A DNA stretch of 64,000 nucleotides from assembly GCA_001783145.1 (NCBI GenBank), contig MFQT01000017.1, positions 30,119 through 94,118 on the forward strand. The letters run 5' to 3'. Both the position numbers and the translations under genes were made by a program. Positions within the stretch are counted from its first letter, which is position 1. Each line of letters opens with the position of its first letter. The DNA is from Candidatus Magasanikbacteria bacterium RIFOXYB2_FULL_38_10. GTDB lineage: Bacteria; Patescibacteriota; Patescibacteriia; Magasanikbacterales; UBA10003. Shown here piece after piece: positions 16,323-26,668 of this stretch. A model generated the notes under the pieces. That model was not told the DNA's origin, did not search any database, and was given only the letters and a program-made list of their open reading frames with translations.

Positions 16323-17267
16323 ATGATACGCCGTTTTTTAAATTTACTCGGTTCACTTTTATCTCTGATTATTATAGTTGGTCTGGTTTATTTTTTAAGA
16401 AATCCCTTGTGGCAAATTTATCTGCGCTTAGAAAGTAAGTTTTTTCCCTGTAGCCGTCCCATCACTTATTCTTTGGGTAATTTTGATAAATTTTTTAATA
16501 TCAGTCAAAAAGATTTTTTAAGCGCGTTAAATCAAGCAGAAAGCCTTTGGGAAAAATCTGTTAATAGAAATTTATTCGAGTCTGCAACTAGCGGCACTTT
16601 AACTATAAATTTGGTTTATGATTATCGCCAAGAAGCAACTCAAAAATTGCAAAAATTAGGCATAACTATTACAGATGATCAGGGAACTTACGAGGCTTTA
16701 AAGAAAAAATACGCCGGTTTGTTAGATTCTTATAATACCCAAAAAGCAAATTTAGATTTAATGATTAAAAATTTTGAAGCAGAAAAAAAAGGTTTTGAAA
16801 GTCAAATAGATTTTTGGAATAAAAAAGACGGAGCTCCGGATAAAGAATATGATTTACTTACAAATAAGCAAGAGGAACTTAACGCCGAAGTGAAAAAGAT
16901 AAATCAGGCTCAAGATAATCTAAATTTTTTGGTTGATGATATTAACGCGGTGGTTAATGTTTTAAATCAATTGGCCTATGAATTGAATTTGACCGTTGAT
17001 AAATATAATAATATTGGACAACAACGCGGAGAGGAATTTCAAGAAGGAGAATATAAAAGTGATTTGAAAGGTACGGAAATAAATATCTATCAATTTGATG
17101 ATAAGGCCAGCTTAGTGAGAGTTTTGGAACATGAATTGGGCCATGCCTTGGGACTGGATCATTTGGATGATTCTAAAGCTATAATGTATCGTCTGAATGA
17201 AGGCCGCAATGATAAACTGACCGATGGTGACATCGCGGCGTTAAAAAAAGTTTGCGGGATAAAATAA
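16323..17267 (+). CDS. membrane-anchored zinc metalloprotease, matrixin (M10)-like
   Basis: HELGHALGLDH followed by a Met-turn (AIMY). N-terminal TM helix with a coiled-coil insert. Confidence 0.7.
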   Translation: MIRRFLNLLGSLLSLIIIVGLVYFLRNPLWQIYLRLESKFFPCSRPITYSLGNFDKFFNISQKDFLSALNQAESLWEKSVNRNLFESATSGTLTINLVYDYRQEATQKLQKLGITITDDQGTYEALKKKYAGLLDSYNTQKANLDLMIKNFEAEKKGFESQIDFWNKKDGAPDKEYDLLTNKQEELNAEVKKINQAQDNLNFLVDDINAVVNVLNQLAYELNLTVDKYNNIGQQRGEEFQEGEYKSDLKGTEINIYQFDDKASLVRVLEHELGHALGLDHLDDSKAIMYRLNEGRNDKLTDGDIAALKKVCGIK

Positions 17268-17656
17268 TAAAGTTTGGAAGGTTTGCTTCATTATCAGTTT
17301 AAATTATATGCTTTAGATGCTATACTTGACTTGCCTATTACAACAATTAAAGAAGACCTGGAGAAAAGTATGCAAGCTCATATTTTAGATCAAGCGACAT
17401 TGATGGGGGTGTATCAAAGATAATTTATTTAATTAAAATTTATCAATATGAATAAAAAGATGAAATTAGCCCAAAGAAAGCACGCCAAACGTTCTGGCAA
17501 AAAAATTTCTTTAAGAAATCGATAAAAATTGGCGGACTTTTACGCTAAGAAAATGGCTAAAAATAAAAAAATAAATTGGCTTAATTTTTTTCTCAGCTAG
17601 GATAGGGAGTAATCATAGGCGCTCCCGATCTTATTTTGTTTCAATTTTAAATTAAT

Positions 17657-18994
17657 ATGCCAAAAAGAAAAAACAATCATCCTTGGGTTGTCACAGTAGA
17701 TATGGGTTATGGACATCAAAGAGCCGCTTATCCTTTAGTCGGTGAATCTTTTCGCGGGATAATTAATGCCAATAATTATAAAGGAATTCCGGAAGCGGAT
17801 AAAAAAATTTGGGAAACCACCCGTCATTTTTATGAATTTATATCTCGTTTAACTAAGGTACCCCTGGTGGGTCAGCCCATTTTTGATCTTTATGATAAAT
17901 TGCAAAGCATCCCCGATTTTTATCCCAAGAGAGATTTATCTGAACCGAGTTTGCAATTGAGGGAGATAGAATTTATGATTAAACATAAAAATTGGGGCAA
18001 AGATTTAATTGATAAATTAAATAAAAATCCACGTCCTTTGGTGACTAGTTTTTTTGCCGTGGCTTTTATGGCCGAACATTATAATTATCAAGGAGAGATT
18101 TATTGCATAATTTGTGATGCTGATATTGCCAGAGTTTGGGTTGATTATAAAGCTAAGGAAAGTCGTATTAATTATTTTGCCCCGTGTTATCGCGTAGTGG
18201 AGCGGTTAAAGCTTTACGGTGTAAAACCCGAAAGAATTTTTTTAACCGGCTTTCCTTTGCCGGCAGAAAATTTAGGCGGTCCGCAATTGAAGGTTTTAAA
18301 ACATGATTTAAGTCATCGTCTAATTAATTTGGATCCGCGTGGGCGTTATTTTTGGCGTTATGGGCAAACCGTGGTTAAGCATCTTGGACTAACTAATTTT
18401 CATGCGCGGCCGGATCATCCTTTAACCTTAACTTTTGCTGTGGGTGGAGCGGGCGCTCAAAGAGAAATTGCCAGTCAAATCGTGAAGAGTTTAAGGGAAA
18501 AAATTTCTTCTGGGAAAATAGTTGTTAATTTGGTGGCCGGTACTCATTCTACTGTTAAAAAATATTTTGGAGAGATCATTAAAGATAATAAATTAGAGGG
18601 AGAAAAAGGAATAAAAATTTTATATTCTACTAACAAATCAAATTATTTTAAAGAATTTAGCAAATGCATGAGAAAGACTGATGTTTTATGGACTAAACCA
18701 AGCGAATTAAGTTTTTATCCGGCTCTAGGTATTCCCATTATTATGGCTCCGCCCATTGGCTCCCAAGAAAAATTTAATCGTCTGTGGTTAAAAACCATTG
18801 GCGCAGGCATTTCTCAAAATAATCCCAAGTACACCGATGAATGGCTTTTTGATTGGGTTGAGTCCGGTTGGCTGGCGCAGGCGGCTATGCGAGGTTTTTT
18901 GGAGATGCCACGGCTGGGAACTTATAATATTGAAAAGATTTTGGCTAAAAAACCAGAGGAGATGGAAGAGGTGCGTACGGTTATGCAGTACTAG
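17657..18994 (+). CDS. hypothetical protein, possible GT-B glycosyltransferase (MGDG-synthase/GT28-like)
   Basis: N-terminal DMGYGHQRAA resembles the G-x-GH-xxAA motif. C-terminal TKPSELSF...PPIGSQEKFN resembles the GT28 C-terminal PGQE-N region. Assignment is weak. Confidence 0.4.
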   Translation: MPKRKNNHPWVVTVDMGYGHQRAAYPLVGESFRGIINANNYKGIPEADKKIWETTRHFYEFISRLTKVPLVGQPIFDLYDKLQSIPDFYPKRDLSEPSLQLREIEFMIKHKNWGKDLIDKLNKNPRPLVTSFFAVAFMAEHYNYQGEIYCIICDADIARVWVDYKAKESRINYFAPCYRVVERLKLYGVKPERIFLTGFPLPAENLGGPQLKVLKHDLSHRLINLDPRGRYFWRYGQTVVKHLGLTNFHARPDHPLTLTFAVGGAGAQREIASQIVKSLREKISSGKIVVNLVAGTHSTVKKYFGEIIKDNKLEGEKGIKILYSTNKSNYFKEFSKCMRKTDVLWTKPSELSFYPALGIPIIMAPPIGSQEKFNRLWLKTIGAGISQNNPKYTDEWLFDWVESGWLAQAAMRGFLEMPRLGTYNIEKILAKKPEEMEEVRTVMQY

Positions 18995-19038
18995 AGTCTG
19001 TTGCCAAACGTTTAATTTTATTGTATATTTATTAGACT

Positions 19039-19626
19039 ATGTTAAATGAAATAGTAATTGATATTGAAACACAAAATACTTTTTTGGATGTTGGCCAGGG
19101 TAATCATGACAAGTTAAAAGTTTCTTTGGTCTGTGTTTATAATTACGCCGATGATAAATTTTCTGCTTTTAAAGAAGCGGAATTAATTAATTTGTGGCCG
19201 TTATTGGAAAAGGCAGACAGAATAATCGGGTATAACAGCCGTTATTTTGATCTTCCGGTGTTGAATAATTATTATCCCGGCGATTTAAACAAATTTCCTC
19301 AATTAGATATGTTGGAGGAAATAAAAAAAGTTTTAGGATTTCGTTTAAAACTTAATGATTTGGCTAAAGCAACTTTGGGGTTGGCCAAAAGCGGCAACGG
19401 GTTAGAAGCGGTAGACTGGTTTAAAAAAGGGGAGTGGGAAAAAATAGAAAAATATTGTTTGGATGACGTTAAGATTACAAGAAATCTTTATGAATATGGT
19501 AAAAATAATAAACAATTATTTTATCCCGATTTGCAAAGCCAAACCAAACGTCCTTTTCCAGTAAATTTTTCTGTTCCCGAATCTTTGGCAGGATCAAATG
19601 CTGTTAATTTAACCTTACCTTTTTAA
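19039..19626 (+). CDS. RNase H-fold 3'-5' exonuclease (DEDD-like)
   Basis: Motifs IDIET, YNSRYFDLPVL and CLDDV spaced as Exo I-III. Confidence 0.5.
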   Translation: MLNEIVIDIETQNTFLDVGQGNHDKLKVSLVCVYNYADDKFSAFKEAELINLWPLLEKADRIIGYNSRYFDLPVLNNYYPGDLNKFPQLDMLEEIKKVLGFRLKLNDLAKATLGLAKSGNGLEAVDWFKKGEWEKIEKYCLDDVKITRNLYEYGKNNKQLFYPDLQSQTKRPFPVNFSVPESLAGSNAVNLTLPF

Positions 19627-19639
19627 AGTGTTTGAATTT

Positions 19640-20902
19640 ATGCTTAAACAAATTTATTTAGATCATGCCGCCACAACTTATGTGGATGAAAGAGTAGCTA
19701 AAAAAATGCTGCCTTTTTTTACCAAAGAATTTGGCAATCCTTCCTCCCTGTATGCTTTGGGACGTCGGGCTAATTTAGCTGTTTCTGTTGCCAGAAAGGA
19801 TGTGGCCGTCATTTTAGGTTGTAATCCCTTAGAAATTATTTTTACCGGTGGAGGCACAGAATCAGACAATTTGGCAATCTTGGGAGCGGCGCGAGCCAAT
19901 AAATCTTTTGGTAATCATATTGTCACTTTAAAAATAGAGCATCATGCTGTTTTATATGCCTGTGGGCAATTGGAAAAAGAGGGTTTTGTTGTTACTTATC
20001 TTCCTGTAGACGAATTTGGTTTAGTGACACCAGAAAAAATTATCGCCGCCATTAAACCGGAAACAATTTTAGTGACCATAATGTATGCCAATAATGAAAT
20101 AGGCACCATTGAGCCGATTGCGGAAATTGGCAGGGCGATAAAAAAGTATAATGAAATTCATAGAAAAGGTAAATCACCGGTATTGTTTCACACCGACGCT
20201 TGCCAGGCGGCCGGAACTTTGGATTTGGATGTAAATAGGTTGCATGTTGATTTTTTGACTTTGAATGCCAGTAAAATTTATGGGCCCAAAGGTGTGGGAG
20301 TTTTATATAAAAAGAAGGGTTTTAAAATACAGCCCTTAGTTTTTGGCGGAGGACAAGAATTTGGATTAAGGTCAGGCACGGAGAATGTGGCTGGAATCGT
20401 GGGGCTCTCTGAGGCTTTAAAATTGGCGCAAGACAATAAAGAAAAAGAAAATAAACGTTTGACAGATTTGCGCGATTATCTTTGGAAAGGTTTGAGCAAA
20501 AAAATTTCCAAATTAAAATTAAATGGTCATCCTCTTAAAAGATTGCCAAATAATTTAAATTTAAGTATTTTGGATATTGAGGGTGAGGCCATGCTTTTGT
20601 ATTTAGATGAAATTGGGGTACAAGCGGCCACCGGTTCGGCTTGCAATTCCGAATCCCTTGAGCCTTCCTATGTGCTTTTGGCCATTGGCTTGCCTTACGA
20701 ATTTGCCCACGGTTCTTTGCGTTTTACTTTGGGCCATTGCAACACCAAAGCCGAGATGGATTTTTTAATTAAAAATTTACCCCCCATTGTAGAGAAATTA
20801 AGAGAAATGTCTCCGGTGAGGTTAAATTTAAAAGAGGAAAAAACAAGAAAACACCCTGAGTATAAAAGGGCGTGTTGTGTAATTGTACCTAATAAAAAAT
20901 GA
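19640..20902 (+). CDS. nifS: cysteine desulfurase (NifS/IscS class)
   Basis: IYLDHAATT, the PLP-lysine region NASKIYGPKGVG and the catalytic ATGSAC loop, followed by nifU. The ORF opens with GTG at 19628. Confidence 0.85.
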   Translation: MLKQIYLDHAATTYVDERVAKKMLPFFTKEFGNPSSLYALGRRANLAVSVARKDVAVILGCNPLEIIFTGGGTESDNLAILGAARANKSFGNHIVTLKIEHHAVLYACGQLEKEGFVVTYLPVDEFGLVTPEKIIAAIKPETILVTIMYANNEIGTIEPIAEIGRAIKKYNEIHRKGKSPVLFHTDACQAAGTLDLDVNRLHVDFLTLNASKIYGPKGVGVLYKKKGFKIQPLVFGGGQEFGLRSGTENVAGIVGLSEALKLAQDNKEKENKRLTDLRDYLWKGLSKKISKLKLNGHPLKRLPNNLNLSILDIEGEAMLLYLDEIGVQAATGSACNSESLEPSYVLLAIGLPYEFAHGSLRFTLGHCNTKAEMDFLIKNLPPIVEKLREMSPVRLNLKEEKTRKHPEYKRACCVIVPNKK

Positions 20903-20908
20903 ACTAAT

Positions 20909-21565
20909 ATGTCTAATCAACCAACAACTGATGGATTTTCCTCGGCGGGAGGAACTTGGTTTTATACTGATAAGGTAAAAGACCACTTTTTTAATCCGCG
21001 CAATTTTATGAAAACTGATGAGGAGGATAAGTTTAAGGCCGACGGAGTGGGACGCGTGGGTTCTCCTGCTTGCGGCGATGAAATGGTTTTATGGATTAAA
21101 ATTGATACCAAAGAAGATAAGATACAAGAATGTCGATGGCGTACCTTTGGCTGTGGCAGCGCTATTGCTTCCACCTCTGTTTTAAGTGAAATGATTACGG
21201 AAAATGGCGGCATGAAAATTGAAAAGGCCTTGAAAATTAGACCTCAAGATATTATGGAAAGACTCGGGGGTCTTCCGGCGCGTAAAGTACACTGTTCGGT
21301 TTTAGGAGATAAGGCTTTGAGGGCCGCTATTAACGATTATTTTCATAAATCTGGACAGCATGAACGCGTAATAATAGAAGGTGGTCGCATAATTGATCCA
21401 GAATTAAAGATTACCGATCAAGATATTGAACAAGCCGTGTTGGACGGGGCCACAACTTTAGAAGAAGTGCAAAAAAAATTAAAGGTAGGTATTGGTAATC
21501 CGGAAACCCTTCCCGCTATTGAAGAGCTAATTAGATTTTATAAAGAAAAATATTTTGGAGCCTAA
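20909..21565 (+). CDS. nifU: Fe-S cluster assembly scaffold NifU/IscU-like
   Basis: Scaffold cysteines in GSPACGDEM, FGCGSAIAS and HCSV, with a C-terminal extension. Confidence 0.8.
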   Translation: MSNQPTTDGFSSAGGTWFYTDKVKDHFFNPRNFMKTDEEDKFKADGVGRVGSPACGDEMVLWIKIDTKEDKIQECRWRTFGCGSAIASTSVLSEMITENGGMKIEKALKIRPQDIMERLGGLPARKVHCSVLGDKALRAAINDYFHKSGQHERVIIEGGRIIDPELKITDQDIEQAVLDGATTLEEVQKKLKVGIGNPETLPAIEELIRFYKEKYFGA

Positions 21566-21582
21566 AAATTATCATTAAATTT

Positions 21583-21771
21583 ATGAAACCAGTTGTAGAT
21601 AAAGATAAATGTATTGGTTGCGGGGTTTGCATCGCACTTTGCCCTACGTCTTTTAAATGGGATGAGAGTGGAGTTAAGGCTGAGTCAGTAAATGCTTCGG
21701 GAGACACAGAAGAAATGATTAAAGGGGCAACGGAAGCATGTCCTGTGCAGGCAATTAGTTTGGGAGAGTAA
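21583..21771 (+). CDS. small [4Fe-4S]-type ferredoxin
   Basis: CIGCGVCIALCP plus a distal ACP motif in 62 aa. Confidence 0.75.
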   Translation: MKPVVDKDKCIGCGVCIALCPTSFKWDESGVKAESVNASGDTEEMIKGATEACPVQAISLGE

Positions 21772-21826
21772 AAACTATCTTAATTCGTTTGCTTTTAAGC
21801 CAATTTTAAGATATAATAATACCGCT

Positions 21827-22504
21827 ATGAATAGCGGCATTTTATATATAGTGGCTACTCCCATTGGCAACTTAAAAGATGTTACGGCGCGCGCTTTGGA
21901 AACACTTAAGGATGTTGATTATATTCTTTGTGAAGACACGCGTGATTCGCAAAAACTTTTAAGTCCTTTTGGTATTACTACCAAAACTTTAAGTTTGCAC
22001 CAGCACAGTCCGGAAAAAAGATTTAAAGAAGTTTTGGGTTTATTGGAGAACGGAAAAAATTTGGCTTTAATAACCGATGCCGGGACACCCGGAATCAGCG
22101 ATCCGGGTAATTTATTGATTGATTTTTTAATTAAAAATAATTCAGATCTTAAAATTGTCCCCATGCCAGGTCCATCTGCGCTTATTGCCGCTTTATCTAT
22201 CTCTGGTTTTTCAACGGATAAATTTTATTTTGCCGGTTTTCCCCCTTTGAAAAATAAACGTGAAAAATTTTTTAAAGAATTGGCTGTAATTAAGAATACG
22301 ATCGTTTTGTATGAATCAACTCATCGTATTTTAAGAACTTTAGAAGACATTAAAAATAATTTTGAATCCAATAAAAAAATTGTGGTTTGCCGCGAATTAA
22401 CTAAACAATTTGAAACTATCTATCGCGCGACTGTTGTCAACATTGCAGATTTATTGAATGCGGGTTCTCTTAAAGGAGAATTTGTCGTTGTGATAGAAAA
22501 TTAA
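21827..22504 (+). CDS. rsmI: 16S rRNA (cytidine1402-2'-O)-methyltransferase
   Basis: LYIVATPIGNLKDVTxRALETLKDVDYILCEDTR is the RsmI N-terminal signature. Tetrapyrrole-methylase fold length. Confidence 0.85.
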   Translation: MNSGILYIVATPIGNLKDVTARALETLKDVDYILCEDTRDSQKLLSPFGITTKTLSLHQHSPEKRFKEVLGLLENGKNLALITDAGTPGISDPGNLLIDFLIKNNSDLKIVPMPGPSALIAALSISGFSTDKFYFAGFPPLKNKREKFFKELAVIKNTIVLYESTHRILRTLEDIKNNFESNKKIVVCRELTKQFETIYRATVVNIADLLNAGSLKGEFVVVIEN

Positions 22505-22515
22505 AAAATTGAATT

Positions 22516-24033
22516 ATGGAAAAATTTTACCTCACTACTCCTATTTATTATGTTAACGGTTTGCCGCACATTGGCCATGCTTACACAACTTTAACCGCCG
22601 ATACGATTGCTCGCTACCGCCGTTTAAAAGGCGATGAAGTTTTGTTTGTGACAGGTACAGATGAAAATAGCCAGAAAAATTGGGAAGCGGCTAAAGCCAA
22701 AGGCGAGGATGATTTGCCAAAGTATTTAGATGAGATGAGTGCTCGTTGGAGAGAAACTTGGGATGAATTGGATATTACTAATGATTATTTTATTCGCACT
22801 ACGGAAGAACGGCATCACAGGGCTGTTAAAATTTTTTTTGATAAAGTAAATGCTCGCGGCGATATTTACAAAGGCACTTATGAAGGTTTGTATTGTGATG
22901 CTTGCGAAGCTTTTTGGACAGAAAAAGATTTGGTAGACGGCAAGTGCCCCTATCATTTAAAAGAGCCGCGCAAAATCAGCGAGGAAAATTATTTTTTTCG
23001 TCTAACCAATTATCGCCAGGCGCTTTTAAAACATATAGAGGACAATCCTAATTTTATCCGTCCGGAAAAAAGAAGAGCCGAGGTTGTTAATTACATCAAT
23101 AATTTAAACGACATCAGTATTTCTAGGCCTAATTTAAAATGCGGTATTCCTTTTCCCTTGGATAAAACTCATGGCATTTATGTTTGGTTTGATGCTTTAA
23201 TAAATTATTTAACCGCAGCCGGTTATGGGCAGGATGAAGAAATGTTTAAAAAGTGGTGGCCGGCGGATTTGCATTTAATGGCAAAGGATATCCTAAAATT
23301 TCACGCTGTCATTTGGCCGGCTATGTTGTTATCCGCCGAGTTACCCTTGCCCACGACAGTGTATGCTCATGGTTTTTTTACTGTTAATGGAGAAAAAATG
23401 AGCAAATCCTTGGGTAATGTAATTGATCCTGTGGAGCTGTCTAAAATTTATCCTTTAGACGCCATCCGCTATTTTCTTTTGCGTGAAATTAAATTTGGCG
23501 AAGATGGCGATTTTTCTTTGGTGCATTTAAAGGAACACTATAATAATGATTTAGCCAATGTTTTTGGAAATCTTTTACATCGCACTCTTTCCATGACGGA
23601 AAAATATTTTGCCGGAGTAGTGCCAGAGCCCAGTGTTGCAGCTGAAGGGCTGGATCAGTTATGTGAAATTGATGTCTGGAATAATTTTGAAAAAAAGATG
23701 AATAATTATGCTTTTGATGAGGCGCTAGATGAAATTTGGAAAGTAGTTGACGAATCCAATCGGCTTATAGAAAAACAAAAGCCCTGGGATTTGGCCAAAA
23801 CAGATGAAAAAAAATTAAAAGATGTGATGTATAATTTACTGGAGTCCTTGCGGCAAATTGGCTGGCTTTTATTGACAATAATGCCTGAAACAGCGGAGAA
23901 AGTTTGGTTGCAATTAGGTTTAGACCCACTTAAAGAAAAAGAAAAAACTTTAATCAAGGCTAAAATTTGGGGCGGTTTGCCAGTTGGCACAAAAATTCAA
24001 AAAGGCGAACCAATTTTTCCCAGGATGTTATAA
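22516..24033 (+). CDS. metG: methionine--tRNA ligase
   Basis: Class I HIGH (PHIGHAYT) and KMSKS motifs, plus a zinc knuckle CDAC...CPYH. Confidence 0.9.
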   Translation: MEKFYLTTPIYYVNGLPHIGHAYTTLTADTIARYRRLKGDEVLFVTGTDENSQKNWEAAKAKGEDDLPKYLDEMSARWRETWDELDITNDYFIRTTEERHHRAVKIFFDKVNARGDIYKGTYEGLYCDACEAFWTEKDLVDGKCPYHLKEPRKISEENYFFRLTNYRQALLKHIEDNPNFIRPEKRRAEVVNYINNLNDISISRPNLKCGIPFPLDKTHGIYVWFDALINYLTAAGYGQDEEMFKKWWPADLHLMAKDILKFHAVIWPAMLLSAELPLPTTVYAHGFFTVNGEKMSKSLGNVIDPVELSKIYPLDAIRYFLLREIKFGEDGDFSLVHLKEHYNNDLANVFGNLLHRTLSMTEKYFAGVVPEPSVAAEGLDQLCEIDVWNNFEKKMNNYAFDEALDEIWKVVDESNRLIEKQKPWDLAKTDEKKLKDVMYNLLESLRQIGWLLLTIMPETAEKVWLQLGLDPLKEKEKTLIKAKIWGGLPVGTKIQKGEPIFPRML

Positions 24034-24061
24034 TTTTAAAAATTAAAATTTATAAATTTAT

Positions 24062-24574
24062 ATGTCCCACTTAGATATTATTCTACTAATAATTTTGGGC
24101 GGGTTTACCTTGTTTGGTTTGTGGTTTGGTTTTATTCATACCTTAGGTGCCTTGATAGGAACTTTTGTGGGTGCTTTTTTAAGCAGTCATTTTTACGAGC
24201 CTATTGCCAGTTGGGTATGGTCAATGACCGGTGGCAATTCCAATTTGGTTAAATTCATAGTTTTTATTTTACTTTTCTTTATTGCCAATCGTTTGGTGGG
24301 TTTTGTTTTTTGGCTCATTGAAAAGATATTTAATGTAATAAAGATTATTCCGTTTTTAAGTACTATCAATAGATTGTTAGGGGGAATTTTAGGATTAGCC
24401 GAGGGAGTTTTGTCTTTAGGGTTATTTTTATTTTTTATCAGCAAATTTCCTTTTAGCGAATGGCTGTCCGCTTCTTTAGCGGGATCCAATGTAGCTACAT
24501 CGCTTATTAAAATTTCCAGCATTCTTTGGCCGCTGTTGCCGGCGGCTTTAAAACAAATTCAGAGTATTTTGTAA
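24062..24574 (+). CDS. cvpA: CvpA-family membrane protein
   Basis: 170 aa with 4 TM helices. The N-terminus DIILLIILGGFTLFGLWFGFI is typical of CvpA. Confidence 0.6.
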   Translation: MSHLDIILLIILGGFTLFGLWFGFIHTLGALIGTFVGAFLSSHFYEPIASWVWSMTGGNSNLVKFIVFILLFFIANRLVGFVFWLIEKIFNVIKIIPFLSTINRLLGGILGLAEGVLSLGLFLFFISKFPFSEWLSASLAGSNVATSLIKISSILWPLLPAALKQIQSIL

Positions 24575-24593
24575 CAAAGAAAATTTAATCAAT

Positions 24594-25445
24594 ATGATTT
24601 TTGATTCTCATTGTCATGTTCAATTTAATGCTTATAAAGGAGAAACCGATGAAATAATCAAGCGCACTTTAGCGGAAGATGTTTGGATGTTAGTGGTTGG
24701 TTCACAAAAAAGCACCAGTGAAAGAGCTGTGGAGTTCGCTAATAATTATGATACAGGAGTTTGGGCGGCGATTGGCTTGCATCCTGTCCACTTAACTGAA
24801 CAAGAGATAGATGAAGAAGAGATAAGTTTTACTAGCCGTCAAGAAATTTTTTATTTTGCTGAATATTTTAAATTGGGCCAAAATAAAAAAGTGGTGGCTG
24901 TTGGCGAAGTGGGTTTGGAATATTTTCATCAACCCAAAAATACCACTCAAGACGAATTGCGCAATCTTCAGGCAAAAAATTTTATTGAACATTGCCGCTT
25001 GGCCGATGAATTAAATTTGCCAATAATTATTCATTGCCGCGACGCTCATGCTGATCAAATTAAATTGGTACAAGAAATTATTAATAAAGGTGGATTAAAA
25101 AATAGGGGAGTAGTGCACTGCTTTACCGGCAATTGGTTAGAAGCCAAAGCTTATTTAGATTTGGGCTTTTATCTGGGGTTTACCGGGGTTATTAATTTTC
25201 CACCTAAAAAAACCAACCCTCAGCCAAGTTTAGATCTTTTGGAAGTTGTTAAAAATACACCTTTAGATAAAATTTTAGCGGAGACAGACTCGCCCTATTT
25301 AACGCCCCCGCCGTATCGAGGCAAACGCAATGAACCAATCTATGTTAAATTTGTGATTGAAAAAATAGCTGAAATTAAAGGAATTTCTTTTAAGGAGGCG
25401 GCGGAGGCAACATTCCAAAATACTCGTAATTTGTTTAAAGTCTAA
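24594..25445 (+). CDS. tatD: TatD-family metal-dependent hydrolase
   Basis: DSHCH, GEVGLEY, IIHCRDA, HCFTG and ETDSPYL motifs. Confidence 0.8.
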   Translation: MIFDSHCHVQFNAYKGETDEIIKRTLAEDVWMLVVGSQKSTSERAVEFANNYDTGVWAAIGLHPVHLTEQEIDEEEISFTSRQEIFYFAEYFKLGQNKKVVAVGEVGLEYFHQPKNTTQDELRNLQAKNFIEHCRLADELNLPIIIHCRDAHADQIKLVQEIINKGGLKNRGVVHCFTGNWLEAKAYLDLGFYLGFTGVINFPPKKTNPQPSLDLLEVVKNTPLDKILAETDSPYLTPPPYRGKRNEPIYVKFVIEKIAEIKGISFKEAAEATFQNTRNLFKV

Positions 25446-25483
25446 AAATAAAAATTTATTCACAATTTAAGTTAAAAAAATAC

Positions 25484-25512
25484 TTGACTTAAATAGTTTT
25501 TTTTAGTAAAAT
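25484..25512 (+). promoter_or_regulatory. candidate promoter of the ATP synthase operon
   Basis: TTGACT (25484-25489), a 17-nt spacer, then TAAAAT (25507-25512), 18 nt before the first operon ORF. Confidence 0.5.
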
Positions 25513-25529
25513 ACCGCCATCTTAGTTTT

Positions 25530-25787
25530 ATGATAATTCAACCGCCCAAAAAAAAATCCAGCGATCGCGCATACTATTTATTTGCTTTGCGTATTGTTGG
25601 CGATTTTGGAATCGCTATCGCCCTGCCGGCGGTTTTGGGGGCAATTTTAGGAAGATATTTGGATGAAAAATATGGTCGCTCCGCTCTCTTTACCATCTTT
25701 TGTCTAATTGTGGCATTTTTAATCACCATAAGTATTGTTTATAAAAAAGCCAAACTTTACGGTGGTGAATATCAAAAAATGAAATAA
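25530..25787 (+). CDS. AtpZ/AtpI-like small membrane protein
   Basis: 85 aa with two TM helices, immediately upstream of atpB. Confidence 0.45.
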   Translation: MIIQPPKKKSSDRAYYLFALRIVGDFGIAIALPAVLGAILGRYLDEKYGRSALFTIFCLIVAFLITISIVYKKAKLYGGEYQKMK

Positions 25788-25799
25788 ATCAAATTAGTT

Positions 25800-26576
25800 A
25801 TGCATATCCCGGAATTACCACCAGATATTTTATTCCATCTCGGAAACATTTCCATTACTAACACCATGATAAATGTTTGGCTGGCGATTATAATTTTTTT
25901 GATTTTAGGTCTGACATTACGCCGAAAAATATCATTACGACCGGGAAAATTACAAAATATCTGCGAATATTTCTTGGAGGTTATTTTAGATTATTTTGAT
26001 CAAGTGACGGGAGACAGAAAAAAGACAAGACGCTTTTTGCCTATTGCCGGTTCTGTCTTCTTTTTTATTTTGCTCTCTAATTGGCTGGGGTTATTGCCCG
26101 GTACCGGCAGTATTACTTGGGGTCATACTATGCTACTTCGTCCAGCCAATACCGATTTAAATTTAACCGTAGCTATGGCTCTTTCGGCAGTGGTTCTATC
26201 ACATCTTTTTGGTTTATTTACTGTTGGTGTTTTTACCCATCTAAACAAATTTATTCAAATCAAGGGTTTAATTAAAAGCTTAAAGCACGGTCCGGTGGCA
26301 ATTTTTGCCGCTTTGGTAGAAATGGTAGTGGGTGTTATAGAAATTATCAGTGAAATTGCCAAGGTTCTTTCACTTTCCTTGCGTCTTTTTGGTAATATTT
26401 TTGCCGGAGAAGTTTTAATTTCCGTCATCTCCGCTTTATTTGCAGCTATAATGCCAACTCCGTTTATGTTATTGGAATTATTGGTTGGTTTAATTCAGGC
26501 CGCGGTTTTTACCATGTTGACCTTGGTGTATTTAACAGTTATGACCACTGCGCCACACGGGGAAGAAGAGCACTAA
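25800..26576 (+). CDS. atpB: ATP synthase Fo subunit a
   Basis: Polytopic protein with the conserved LSLRLFGNIFAGE arginine helix. Confidence 0.85.
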   Translation: MHIPELPPDILFHLGNISITNTMINVWLAIIIFLILGLTLRRKISLRPGKLQNICEYFLEVILDYFDQVTGDRKKTRRFLPIAGSVFFFILLSNWLGLLPGTGSITWGHTMLLRPANTDLNLTVAMALSAVVLSHLFGLFTVGVFTHLNKFIQIKGLIKSLKHGPVAIFAALVEMVVGVIEIISEIAKVLSLSLRLFGNIFAGEVLISVISALFAAIMPTPFMLLELLVGLIQAAVFTMLTLVYLTVMTTAPHGEEEH

Positions 26577-26668
26577 ATAAACTAATTAATTAATAAATAA
26601 TTTATAGTGATCTTTGCGAGGCTAAAATTTTTCCCCCTCGTGGAAATTACTAAGAAAGGTCAAAAAAT

